A stretch of DNA of 35,449 nucleotides from a virus (IMGVR_UViG_3300017766_002820:1-35449), one strand, 5' to 3'. Counted from the stretch's first letter, positions 1-8,426 are shown. Numbers and translations: made by a program. The notes: generated by a model from the sequence alone, not told the origin.

Positions 1-195
1 GGATCCCACGAAACCGTGGCTGTGATGCGCGATCTAACCTTGTTCTACCCCTACGTCAAACCCGGTGGCGCCGTGATCATCGACGATTACGCCTGGGAAA
101 GCGTCAAATCCGGCGTCGATGCGTGCGTTGCTGCCTTTATGGACGTCGAAAATGGCTTCTGCTGCTTCAATCAGCTCTGGACCATCAAAAAATGA
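1..195 (+). CDS. Class I SAM-dependent methyltransferase, C-terminal fragment (5'-truncated)
   Basis: Frame 1 reads GSHETVAVMRDLTLFYPYVKPGGAVIIDDYAW...; (D)GSH and KPGGxxxxDDY are typical of Methyltransf_24-like enzymes. Its TGA overlaps the next ATG (ATGA). Confidence 0.75.
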   Translation, partial: GSHETVAVMRDLTLFYPYVKPGGAVIIDDYAWESVKSGVDACVAAFMDVENGFCCFNQLWTIKK

Positions 196-1073
196 CCAGA
201 TTTAACGTAATTTGTACTGGTTCTGGGATCCATAAGTGGGGCAAATCCTGGATTGAGCATATGCTCAGCCATCTGGACTGCAAATTCCACTATTTGAACC
301 CATCGGACGACATCCCACTCTTAGAAAAGTGCATTGTTGTCACCAACACGACAGAATCTTACTTTTACATACGCCGATTACAGCAAGCCAAACTCAAATA
401 CGGCGTCATCCTTCTATCCGACGAGTGTCTGACAACCTCATTGGCGTTCTTAAATAACCCAGAATGCGTATTTCTGGCGCGAAACTACTTACACCCGGGC
501 TGTTGTCGCAACTTTAAAGTATTCCACTTTGGTCTTGGCTATAAAAACGAGTTCGAGAAGTACGCAAACCCACGCCGAACCGCATCGAACCGCGAATTCC
601 TGTGGAGTTTTAGCGGCTCACTGAAAGTAGATCGAAAACGCGCCCTCGAAGTCTTCTCAGAATTCGAACCAAACTTCACACACCTTGTCGAAAAGTTCGA
701 CGACCCGGAATATTTAACTACACAAAAGTACGCCCAGACCCTGAACGACAGCATCTTCGTGCTTGCGCCGGGCGGTGGCGCTAGTAACGACTCATTCAGG
801 ATTTACGAAGCTCTGGAATGCGGAGCAATTCCGGTAGTAATGCGAAACTTACCACCGCTGGTGGTCACCCCAAGCTATTGGCACGGAATCTTCCCAGGGT
901 CAGATCTACCGTTCGTCGTGGCTGACACGTGGGAAGAGGCGGCCGAACAAGTCCGAGCGTTGATCGACTCCGATCAAGTCGAATCGGTACGCAGAGAGTG
1001 TATGGATTTCTGGCGCAGCTGGAAAAAATCGTGGAGGCTCGAATTTGAAAAACGAGCCGCCGGTCTCATTTAA
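192..1073 (+). CDS. Exostosin-family (GT47) glycosyltransferase
   Basis: SIFVLAPGG...DSFRIYEALECGAIPVV is the exostosin C-terminal signature; also WSFSGS. Start moved to ATG 192 (ATGA overlap). Confidence 0.8.
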   Translation: MTRFNVICTGSGIHKWGKSWIEHMLSHLDCKFHYLNPSDDIPLLEKCIVVTNTTESYFYIRRLQQAKLKYGVILLSDECLTTSLAFLNNPECVFLARNYLHPGCCRNFKVFHFGLGYKNEFEKYANPRRTASNREFLWSFSGSLKVDRKRALEVFSEFEPNFTHLVEKFDDPEYLTTQKYAQTLNDSIFVLAPGGGASNDSFRIYEALECGAIPVVMRNLPPLVVTPSYWHGIFPGSDLPFVVADTWEEAAEQVRALIDSDQVESVRRECMDFWRSWKKSWRLEFEKRAAGLI

Positions 1074-1228
1074 GACTCATTTTGAAGTCGTTCCCTGCAG
1101 TATGAACGAAACAACTCCTTGCACTCTTCGTCAGATATATCCAGAGCTTTAGCTGCTTTAGGGATATTCCAACGAGCCCTAAATAACATATCCAAAGGAT
1201 CCACCTCAGTGGATATCGAGTTCTCCAT
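1070..1228 (-). CDS. Small hypothetical protein (52 aa), HTH-like
   Basis: Hand-translated MENSISTEVDPLDMLFRARWNIPKAAKALDISDEECKELFRSYC...; WNIPKAAKAL resembles an HTH and a small cyanophage protein family as I recall it. Confidence 0.6.
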   Translation of the reverse strand: MENSISTEVDPLDMLFRARWNIPKAAKALDISDEECKELFRSYCRERLQNES

Positions 1229-1367
1229 TCTTATCCCAGCTCATGTACGTACTCAACCGATGTCGATTAACGTCTGCTTGAAACTTGGCAACAGTCGTAG
1301 GGTCTTTTCCGCTATTTAACTTAATCAGTTTGTCCAGCTGAGCAACAATTCGAGCTTCGACATTCAC
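1206..1367 (-). CDS. Small hypothetical protein (53 aa)
   Basis: Hand-translated, GTG start preceded by GGAGG: MNVEARIVAQLDKLIKLNSGKDP...WDKNGELDIH; fills the gap between minus-strand genes. Confidence 0.5.
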   Translation of the reverse strand: MNVEARIVAQLDKLIKLNSGKDPTTVAKFQADVNRHRLSTYMSWDKNGELDIH

Positions 1368-1427
1368 TACGATCCTCCGGGTGACATCAATCTACTATCG
1401 ATTGATGTTTGGTTAAGGAAGAGTTTA

Positions 1428-1655
1428 TTAAACGCCACGAATCAAGCCACGCTGGCGAAGCAGCTCAATAAAACTACCGCCAGGCGCGTCCTTAAGAATC
1501 TCTTGCATACGACGTTTATCGATACGGCGTTCAATCAAATCGTTAAGTTGATCACGATCGTATGGAAGAGTCACGTCGCCGTCACCAGTTACACCAGCGA
1601 CAACTTTCTCCGCAAGCATTCGGCCTAAAAAATCACGAGCGAGTTGTTCTTGCAT
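1428..1655 (-). CDS. Hypothetical protein (75 aa)
   Basis: ORF track; co-oriented and tightly packed with neighbours. Confidence 0.6.
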   Translation of the reverse strand: MQEQLARDFLGRMLAEKVVAGVTGDGDVTLPYDRDQLNDLIERRIDKRRMQEILKDAPGGSFIELLRQRGLIRGV

Positions 1656-1678
1656 AATCGGGTCTCGATATAGAAAGT

Positions 1679-4660
1679 TTAGCGCCCAAATAGCAGCTCA
1701 GATAAACCAAACTCCCCTCGGCGAGGGTTAAACCGTTCGCGAGCTAAATCAATCCGACGCTGAGCTTCAGAACGATTTTGTTGACGCTGTTGCTCAGTAC
1801 GTTGAGCTTGGCTTAGCGGACGGATTTGCTGAGTAAGCGGTTGCGGTCCCACGCGGGTCGGACTAGCAACACCGGTACGAGGCGCAGCCCCCAGCGCTTG
1901 ACGGAGTTTGGGAACGATACCTTCCCCAGTCTCCTGTCGTACAACTTCATTAAGCGCACGTGCGCCAGCAGTACCAACCATACCTGCTCCCACGCCGGGA
2001 GCTAATACCGGAGCTGCAGCTAAAGCAGACGACGCCCCAACCGCCATCGGTAAACCTTGAACAAATTCTCGTCCCATCTGGACCGCCATCGGACCGACAC
2101 CTTCGCGATATCCAGTCTGAATAGCTTCCGGGCTTGGAATTAAGTCAGCTGCCCCAGGCAATAAAGCCGATGGAGTACGACGCAAAGCGCGACCGTACTC
2201 ACGCATACCTTGCGCAGCTGCTACGACAGGATCTTGTGAGTAGTACGCCTTAGCTGTAAGTGGTTCTCGTGATTGAGAAACTTCGGCACGGAGAGGAAGC
2301 GGGTCTCCCTGGCGAGGCTGAACGATATCAACACGTCCAGTCAACGAAGGAGCGGGTCTTGTTGCCTGTAAAGGAACAATATTCCCTTCGCTATTCATAT
2401 AGAGAAGTTGTTGGTTTACGTCTGTTAACGGTCCAAACCCTACAGAACGGTAAGCGGCTCCACGGCGATTGGGTTGGCTACCGATAAACTTCTCTTCCCG
2501 GCGTAGGGTAGAACTTTCAGAAAGTGACTTACCTTGCTCTTCCCGTAACCTCGAAATATCTGATGTGCCGATAGGAGAGTTCTCTAGAAGCATACCGGGA
2601 CGTAAGTTACGTAATACGTTCTCCGTCATGAACTTGTTCATCTGTTCAAAAACGGGAGCAGGTATATCTTTTGCGGAATAGTCAAAACTTTCGGTTGGGG
2701 TGCGAGTTTCAAAAGACACGCTCGCACGCCCCGTTACAGGATTATCGCGTAAGTAATTTAAGACGTTCCTAGAAATCTCATTACCTGCACCCAGATCAGT
2801 ACCTAAACGAAAACGCGAAGGAGCCTGATTGGTGTTTACTCGGATCCCGTAATCTCCTGTAGGGTCAGGAGTAGCCACACCGGTTTGAGGATCGTAGGAG
2901 AAATAAGCACTAGACGGAACAGTATCTAAGTTGGGATTCTTAATAGCAAGCGGACCAGCTGTGGACGATAACGATGCTGTAGCGGGTGTATTAGTCAGTC
3001 GCTCAAATTCGTTAGCTCGTTGCGTAATTAACGAAAGAGCGTCCTGAAGTTCACGCCCAGTAGCGTACCCGCCTCCGCCCACAACGGGCATACGTCGGGA
3101 AACAGAAGAAGAAGATCCTTCCTGTAGTTCTTTTCCGTACCCTAATTGAGCAATGCGATCACGAGCTAACTTTTGTTTCTCCGTATCGCCGCTCGTGTAG
3201 TCTTTTTCAATCTCGGAAAGATATGAAGGCTGGACACCGATCTCCTTCATCGCACGGTTATAAATAACCTGACGCGCTTCTGGTTTCGAGATTTCTTGCT
3301 CTAAATCCAGATAAGGTGAAAGCTTCTGAATATCCCGTTCAACTTTGGGAGTCGGATTCTCGATAAAGCTCTGTAAATACGGACCTACCTCAGGATATTT
3401 TTCCACAAACTTATTAAGTTCCTTAGCCTGCTCATTTACAGCCTCTTGTCTGGCTGCTTCCCTCAAATCGGAAAGCTGTAATTCAAGAGCGGGGAAGGCT
3501 CGTTGAACAACACCCTGAGAAGCTGTAGGAACAAAAAATGGATCTATGTCCGCAGGAGACATATTTAAAGTTCTAAGAGTTTGGCGTGCATCGAGTCCAA
3601 CCGGGGTTTCCTGACGCAAGTCTTGCTGGAGCTGGTAAAGAGAATTCCGACTGGGATCCCTAGCTTGCCGATCGGCTCGACTTAATATGTAATCTCGCCG
3701 TGATTCGTTAGTAGTAGAAGAAGGAGCGAGAGCTTCGGCAACTTGAGGTAAAAGAGACGAACCCTCTATTGGGAAAGTATTCGGAGCCCCTTCTGCGGTT
3801 CTGGATTGCCTAAGTTCCCGTAAAGTTTCCAACTGAGCATTCAATTCCTCAACGGTTTGCGGAGGATTATTTCGAATAGCTTCATACCCTCCTTGAAGTG
3901 CGGGGCTAGCCACGCGGAAAGGAAGTCCCGGCTGGATAGTATTCCGGTCAATTCGATTAGTTAAAGGGTCTTGAGAAACTGCGGCACTGTCTGCATAAGA
4001 TAAAAATGTATTACGCGCACCTAAACCAGCTTCAACAGGGCGTATAACTTCATCTGCTTGTTCTAAAATATCAGCAACGTTTTCTAAATTTTGAGAATAA
4101 TCTACGTCATACCTATCTGTATATGCTCCTAAGAGATTAGTTAACGCTTCTCCCGCAGCACTCCGGTAATTGGCGTCAGATAAAAACCTGGATTCGCCCG
4201 CATATCGTAGTGCCTCACGTTGAGCGGGAGTAAGAGCACCTGTATTTACAGCGTTTAAGTACGCATTACGTGCACTTTCAACAGTGCCTCCAGGCAAAAG
4301 AGTATTTAAATCATTGTTTTGCTCAACAAACTCCCGAGCTTTAGGGTTTTCAGCAGCAAGCCTATAAGCATTTAAAGTTTCGTTATCCGGATCGATATCA
4401 AATCCCTCAAAGGGCAGGTAATTCGGGAAATCCTCAACCGAAGTCATTCGCAACGCATCGTCTATATCCTCGTCTGGATATAGATCTGCGACTTCTCGAT
4501 CTAATTCGCCTTCATTTAAAGCGTTCTCAAATAAAATTTGACGAAGAACACCTCGATCAACGTTATACGACGTCCGTAACTTGTCAGCAAACTCAGGCAG
4601 CTGCTCAAAATATGAAGAACTCACAACGCCCGAAGCGATCCGTTCCCCATATCCTACCAA
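1679..4660 (-). CDS. Large hypothetical protein (993 aa), probable virion/internal protein
   Basis: Long ORF rich in A/R/Q/P/E with no Cys seen, a composition typical of internal virion proteins. Function is inference. Confidence 0.7.
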   Translation of the reverse strand: MVGYGERIASGVVSSSYFEQLPEFADKLRTSYNVDRGVLRQILFENALNEGELDREVADLYPDEDIDDALRMTSVEDFPNYLPFEGFDIDPDNETLNAYRLAAENPKAREFVEQNNDLNTLLPGGTVESARNAYLNAVNTGALTPAQREALRYAGESRFLSDANYRSAAGEALTNLLGAYTDRYDVDYSQNLENVADILEQADEVIRPVEAGLGARNTFLSYADSAAVSQDPLTNRIDRNTIQPGLPFRVASPALQGGYEAIRNNPPQTVEELNAQLETLRELRQSRTAEGAPNTFPIEGSSLLPQVAEALAPSSTTNESRRDYILSRADRQARDPSRNSLYQLQQDLRQETPVGLDARQTLRTLNMSPADIDPFFVPTASQGVVQRAFPALELQLSDLREAARQEAVNEQAKELNKFVEKYPEVGPYLQSFIENPTPKVERDIQKLSPYLDLEQEISKPEARQVIYNRAMKEIGVQPSYLSEIEKDYTSGDTEKQKLARDRIAQLGYGKELQEGSSSSVSRRMPVVGGGGYATGRELQDALSLITQRANEFERLTNTPATASLSSTAGPLAIKNPNLDTVPSSAYFSYDPQTGVATPDPTGDYGIRVNTNQAPSRFRLGTDLGAGNEISRNVLNYLRDNPVTGRASVSFETRTPTESFDYSAKDIPAPVFEQMNKFMTENVLRNLRPGMLLENSPIGTSDISRLREEQGKSLSESSTLRREEKFIGSQPNRRGAAYRSVGFGPLTDVNQQLLYMNSEGNIVPLQATRPAPSLTGRVDIVQPRQGDPLPLRAEVSQSREPLTAKAYYSQDPVVAAAQGMREYGRALRRTPSALLPGAADLIPSPEAIQTGYREGVGPMAVQMGREFVQGLPMAVGASSALAAAPVLAPGVGAGMVGTAGARALNEVVRQETGEGIVPKLRQALGAAPRTGVASPTRVGPQPLTQQIRPLSQAQRTEQQRQQNRSEAQRRIDLARERFNPRRGEFGLSELLFGR

Positions 4661-4729
4661 GTACTTAAAGAAATGAGTTAAGCCACGCGGGCCGTGTGTT
4701 ACAGTGGCACCGTCTTACATCAAAAGCAC

Positions 4730-5092
4730 ATGGCTAACGCAATGCTCTGTATCGAAATTTATAGATTTAACGGAACTTGGTGTTTTACAGACGCAAAAAG
4801 GAATCTTCTACACGAACCTTTCGTTCTAGGGATACCTGAAATCATCGACAGAGCACTAGAAGAACAAAAACTAACTGAAGAGGGTAAAAACTATCGAATT
4901 TTGTTCGCTGCTCAAGAATTTCCGAGCTCCCACGGTGCGCTAACCAGGCAAAATGAAGAATTCGGAGGGTCGTGGTACTCCTGGAACGAACAAGAAGGTT
5001 GGTTGTGCCCTGCGACACTAAAATTCTTCTGTGAATTCCCGGATACAATTTATTTCAAACTTGAAAAACTCGAAAACCAGAGTCTCGCTTAG
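4730..5092 (+). CDS. DUF6717-like protein
   Basis: Motifs Y..NGTWCFTD...L.HEPFVLGIPEIID and GWLCPA.L.FF..P..IY; start set at ATG 4730. Confidence 0.65.
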   Translation: MANAMLCIEIYRFNGTWCFTDAKRNLLHEPFVLGIPEIIDRALEEQKLTEEGKNYRILFAAQEFPSSHGALTRQNEEFGGSWYSWNEQEGWLCPATLKFFCEFPDTIYFKLEKLENQSLA

Positions 5093-5120
5093 CATATAAA
5101 AGTACTTTGCTCTCACTTCC

Positions 5121-5312
5121 GTGGCTCGGGAGTGGAACACGCCTACGCGTGAACCGTGGAATCCACTGATTAAAATAGCACTAGATGCCGTAGACCGACA
5201 TAATCAGCTTTATTTTAAATCAAATAATGTAAAACATTTGATTTTAGCCCAACTACTCCGGGATTACGTCACGTATCTGAAAGATTTTATAACTGATAGC
5301 GAAAAAGTTTGA
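5121..5312 (+). CDS. Conserved-looking cyanophage hypothetical protein
   Basis: MAREWNTPTREPWNPLI...DRHN; followed directly by a terminator. Confidence 0.65.
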   Translation: MAREWNTPTREPWNPLIKIALDAVDRHNQLYFKSNNVKHLILAQLLRDYVTYLKDFITDSEKV

Positions 5313-5316
5313 GTCG

Positions 5317-5341
5317 TCGCCCCACGCGGGCGATTTTTTTT
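5317..5341 (+). terminator. Intrinsic terminator
   Basis: TCGCCC-CACGC-GGGCGA hairpin followed by T8, 4 nt after the stop codon. Confidence 0.8.
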
Positions 5342-5510
5342 GCGAGCGGCTGTCTGTATATTGACACCCGAAAGTTTTTTTGCCAATTTCCCAGCAAGAT
5401 ACCCATACCCTTCTCGCCCGGGGCGTCGTCTAAAAGCTCTATTTAAAAAAAAGAGACATTGCGGGCAGAGTTAGGTATACATTGCGGCTCACTATTTTAT
5501 ATTTAGTCCT

Positions 5511-5616
5511 CGCGCGTGTGCGCGTGTACATGTGCGTGTGCGCCCGCGTGTGTGCGTGTACGCGTGTGTATGCGCGTGGGTGTGCGCGTTACATTCGCGC
5601 GAGCGTACGCGTGCGC
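5511..5616. repeat. Alternating purine-pyrimidine (CG/TG/CA) low-complexity tract
   Basis: cgcgcgtgtgcgcgtgtacatgtgcgtgtgcgc...gcgtacgcgtgcgc with only a few interruptions. Confidence 0.9.
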
Positions 5617-5691
5617 CCGGTTCCTGTTACCTATGAGAGAACCGTTACCTGTGTGCCAGTTAGGGCTCTTGGGATAAGTGGCACAAGAGGC

Positions 5692-5721
5692 TTGACCTAC
5701 CGCACTGATCCCGGATACCTT
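5692..5721 (+). promoter_or_regulatory. Putative sigma70-type early promoter
   Basis: TTGACC (5692-5697), 18-nt spacer, TACCTT (5716-5721); heads the long + strand gene run; inverted repeat immediately upstream (5652-5685). Confidence 0.5.
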
Positions 5722-5759
5722 TAGGTCACTGGAGGACAGGCCACGGCCCGAACCCCAGA

Positions 5760-5772
5760 GCACCTAGACAAT
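5760..5772 (+). promoter_or_regulatory. boxA-like antitermination element 1
   Basis: GCACCTAGACAAT ~40 nt after the putative -10; near-copy of the element at 5911. Confidence 0.45.
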
Positions 5773-5910
5773 CCGCAACCGCCAGCCCTGATACATGGGC
5801 CGGGCTCAGCCAGCCGCTGATGGTAGGGAGAACATCCCCGAAACGTAGGCAAAGACTGACTGAGCTTAGCTTGAAACTGTAGGGATGGTGTGCGCGGATT
5901 CCTAGGCAAG

Positions 5911-5923
5911 GAACCTTGACAAT
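5911..5923 (+). promoter_or_regulatory. boxA-like antitermination element 2
   Basis: GAACCTTGACAAT resembles the cyanobacterial rRNA ITS boxA GAACCTTGA(A/C)AA. Confidence 0.55.
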
Positions 5924-5924
5924 C

Positions 5925-6520
5925 TAACTAAGCGTAAGTGTAGTAGGAACACTGCGAGGCTAGTACGAAATGTACTGCGCTTAGTTATACATAACTTCCC
6001 ATAGAGTGTGGGCAATGCAGCCGAACTTAAGTAGGCCACCAGGGAGAAGCACCCTACACTCTATGTCAGCAGGTATCTTGTCTGTAACTAAGGCAATGTA
6101 TCGGCGTTAAACATCAGCCACGCTCGCCCCGTGGCATCTGAATACAACTACATGCTGTCCGCTTGTAGTTAGTTACAGTGCACAAGCTGTGTCCAGCGTA
6201 ACTGTCTATGGTGCAGGTACGCTGGACAAACTACCTAAGCTCCACTGCACCGTCTGTGCACGATGGCAGCGCAGGATTTTATAGTTTGTGTGCACAACTG
6301 TGCTCTGTAACTAACTACATACAGCTATTTAGTTTTAGTCAGTGAGCTCAGCTTCTAGTTGAGCGGATCCATACATCACCTAGCGCATTGTCGCTTGGTA
6401 GGTATAAGGATCAAGTTAGATCATTCATGATCACAGACTGTAGATTCTCTCCTCAAGCTTCATAGTTTGATGAGGGATTCATCCCTCTTTGTTGTTAGCT
6501 ACCAGCCATGTAGCTGGTGA
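5925..6520 (+). ncRNA. Candidate large structured non-coding RNA / leader
   Basis: No ORF >=60 aa inside it; stems 5925-5936/5976-5987, 6000-6012/6053-6065, 6164-6184/6299-6319, 6190-6200/6218-6228 plus further hairpins; G-U pairs favour the + strand. Confidence 0.55.
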
Positions 6521-6525
6521 ATGTT

Positions 6526-6825
6526 ATGAACATCAAGACCAACAATCAACCACGCCGTCTGCTGTTTGCTTGTGAGTTCTCTGGCTCTGAGCGTGCCAAA
6601 CTCCGCCAACAGTTTGATTGGATGAGTGACGAAGAGTTCGACTCCAATAGTTCTTTCTTTCGCTACAAAGGTTATTACTACAACCTCGCAGACTTCATGC
6701 GGGTTCATGTTTCACCTGACAGCCCGATGTCTGGCTGGCACGGTTACAGCTCCGACTCTTACTACAGCGGAGTTTTAATCAAACTGTGCGGCGAGGATAT
6801 CATCGTCGGCACATACATCTCCTGA
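6526..6825 (+). CDS. Conserved phage early hypothetical protein
   Basis: FFRYKGYYYNLADFMR and WHGYSSDSYYSGVLIKL motifs; first gene after the leader; ATG 6526. Confidence 0.75.
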   Translation: MNIKTNNQPRRLLFACEFSGSERAKLRQQFDWMSDEEFDSNSSFFRYKGYYYNLADFMRVHVSPDSPMSGWHGYSSDSYYSGVLIKLCGEDIIVGTYIS

Positions 6826-6862
6826 CTAACTGTAACTAACCCAACACAATCACACTAACACC

Positions 6863-7135
6863 ATGGCAACCATTCAACATCTCTGTGCTCGCAACGATCA
6901 CAACGGCAACCCGCAACGTTTGTATGTTCTATCTGTAGACGGTGAGCGTATCGCTGCCTGGAATGAAGGCTACCTGGGTCACCACGCTGTGCCAGGTATC
7001 TGGCGCGATGCTGCATACAGTGCAGAACGTATTGATTGCAGTGTGGCATTGTACCGCAAACTATTGCGTACGCTTCCCTCACCTGACTGGGCTCACGATG
7101 TGCCAGGTTACTCGCATCTCCGCGAGCTTGTTTAA
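6863..7135 (+). CDS. Hypothetical protein (90 aa)
   Basis: ORF track; ND.NGNP.RLY motif; C/A-rich 5' UTR. Confidence 0.7.
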   Translation: MATIQHLCARNDHNGNPQRLYVLSVDGERIAAWNEGYLGHHAVPGIWRDAAYSAERIDCSVALYRKLLRTLPSPDWAHDVPGYSHLRELV

Positions 7136-7162
7136 TCAAATCACTATCATCATTCCGCCGCC

Positions 7163-7417
7163 ATGGATTACACCTACACACAGGCACATTATCCCAACAC
7201 TGTCAGCTGGTATCGCGAACTTGTGCATCTCGATGGTGAACTTGTCGGAGAAATTAGCGAGCCTACGGATTCAACATCGGCACGCAGAATCTACCGAGTC
7301 GGTAAGTATGTACCCTTTAAAGTTGCCGATGGTTTCGTAGATCTTGTCAGCCTTGTAGCTACGTTCGACACTGTTTCTGACTGCAAAGACTTCATCAACA
7401 ACGGAGGCATCAAGTGA
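7163..7417 (+). CDS. Hypothetical protein (84 aa)
   Basis: ORF track; GTGA overlap with the next gene. Confidence 0.65.
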   Translation: MDYTYTQAHYPNTVSWYRELVHLDGELVGEISEPTDSTSARRIYRVGKYVPFKVADGFVDLVSLVATFDTVSDCKDFINNGGIK

Positions 7418-7662
7418 ACACTATCGCCGAACTGAATGTACAAATCAGCCACATTGATCAACTAATTGTCGACGCTCGCAAGGCTAAAGACTGGGATCAT
7501 GTGCACAAACTGTACGATCAGTACGAGTCACTTGTAGACAAATGTAATGCCCTTAGCCGACAACTTGAACGCGAACAATCTATGCACGAACTCGATGATT
7601 GGAATGATGATGAGAAACATCGTGATGCGTACAATGAGCGCATCGTAAGCATGTACTTGTAA
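7414..7662 (+). CDS. Hypothetical coiled-coil protein (82 aa)
   Basis: ORF track; GGAGG upstream of the GTG start. Confidence 0.65.
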   Translation: MNTIAELNVQISHIDQLIVDARKAKDWDHVHKLYDQYESLVDKCNALSRQLEREQSMHELDDWNDDEKHRDAYNERIVSMYL

Positions 7663-7684
7663 CTAACGCAATCGCGCCCTGATT

Positions 7685-7879
7685 ATGTACAACAGCAACA
7701 CACAGATAGACCGCAACTTCATGCGGCGCATGATTAGATCTTACGAACAGGATCTACTTGAGATTGTGCGTGGAGAGTGTGAGCATCCCAACCACGCTCA
7801 GATTGAAGCCGATTTGCGTTTGTTAGAAGAACTGCGCGGCCAAACGTTTAGCCCACTTGCACAAACTGTTTCCTTCTGA
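7685..7879 (+). CDS. Hypothetical protein (64 aa)
   Basis: ORF track; tight packing. Confidence 0.6.
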   Translation: MYNSNTQIDRNFMRRMIRSYEQDLLEIVRGECEHPNHAQIEADLRLLEELRGQTFSPLAQTVSF

Positions 7880-7881
7880 TC

Positions 7882-8100
7882 ATGACAAACTTCGATCACA
7901 TTAGCCACTTCCACAAAGACCAACTGCTACATACACTTAGCTACTACATGACATCAGAGATGCGCCGCACATTGATGCGTAACTGCCCAGCTGCTTACAA
8001 CGCACTGTGTGGACGCATAGTTGTAACCTCACAGGTAGAAGATACAGGCGACAAGATTATCGAACGTCCTACAGATGTAGACCTTAAAGACTTTGACTGA
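7882..8100 (+). CDS. Hypothetical protein (72 aa)
   Basis: ORF track; tight packing. Confidence 0.65.
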   Translation: MTNFDHISHFHKDQLLHTLSYYMTSEMRRTLMRNCPAAYNALCGRIVVTSQVEDTGDKIIERPTDVDLKDFD

Positions 8101-8101
8101 T

Positions 8102-8114
8102 CCCGCTTCGCGGG
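8102..8114. repeat. GC-TTC-GC intergenic hairpin, copy 1
   Basis: CCCGC-TTC-GCGGG, no U tract. Confidence 0.7.
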
Positions 8115-8141
8115 GCCAAATCACACAATCATCCCATCATC

Positions 8142-8426
8142 ATGACAACACGTTTCGAACCTAAACTCGTCTTACTTGACGCTCACGGTGTGTACATCCC
8201 TCAGATGTATTGCAGTGATGCGGACGAACACTGGGCTAACTGTGTAGGTGTTGACTACAACGATGTGCTTACTTGTCAGGCTGGCCCGGATCACGAATGG
8301 TATTGGGAAGCGTGGCAGAACATCGTCGACAATGCCAGCATCGTTAGCGATGGTGTGACTTGGCGATTGCATCAAGACGGTGACCTTTGGGAAGTGCCCG
8401 ACGGATACGAATGGCCTGAGATGTAA
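8142..8426 (+). CDS. Conserved phage hypothetical protein (94 aa)
   Basis: D..GVYIPQ, GPDHEWYWEAW and L.QDGDLW motifs. Confidence 0.75.
   Translation: MTTRFEPKLVLLDAHGVYIPQMYCSDADEHWANCVGVDYNDVLTCQAGPDHEWYWEAWQNIVDNASIVSDGVTWRLHQDGDLWEVPDGYEWPEM

Noticed and set aside
5482-5909. ORFs 5482..5724 (+), 5503..5763 (-) and 5721..5909 (-)
   Set aside because: Products such as CVCARVCAC and HTRTRTHA are translations of the RY tract and leader, not plausible proteins.
5925-6520. Group I/II intron or retron ncRNA
   Set aside because: No interrupted gene, no recognisable catalytic core motifs and no reverse transcriptase in the window.
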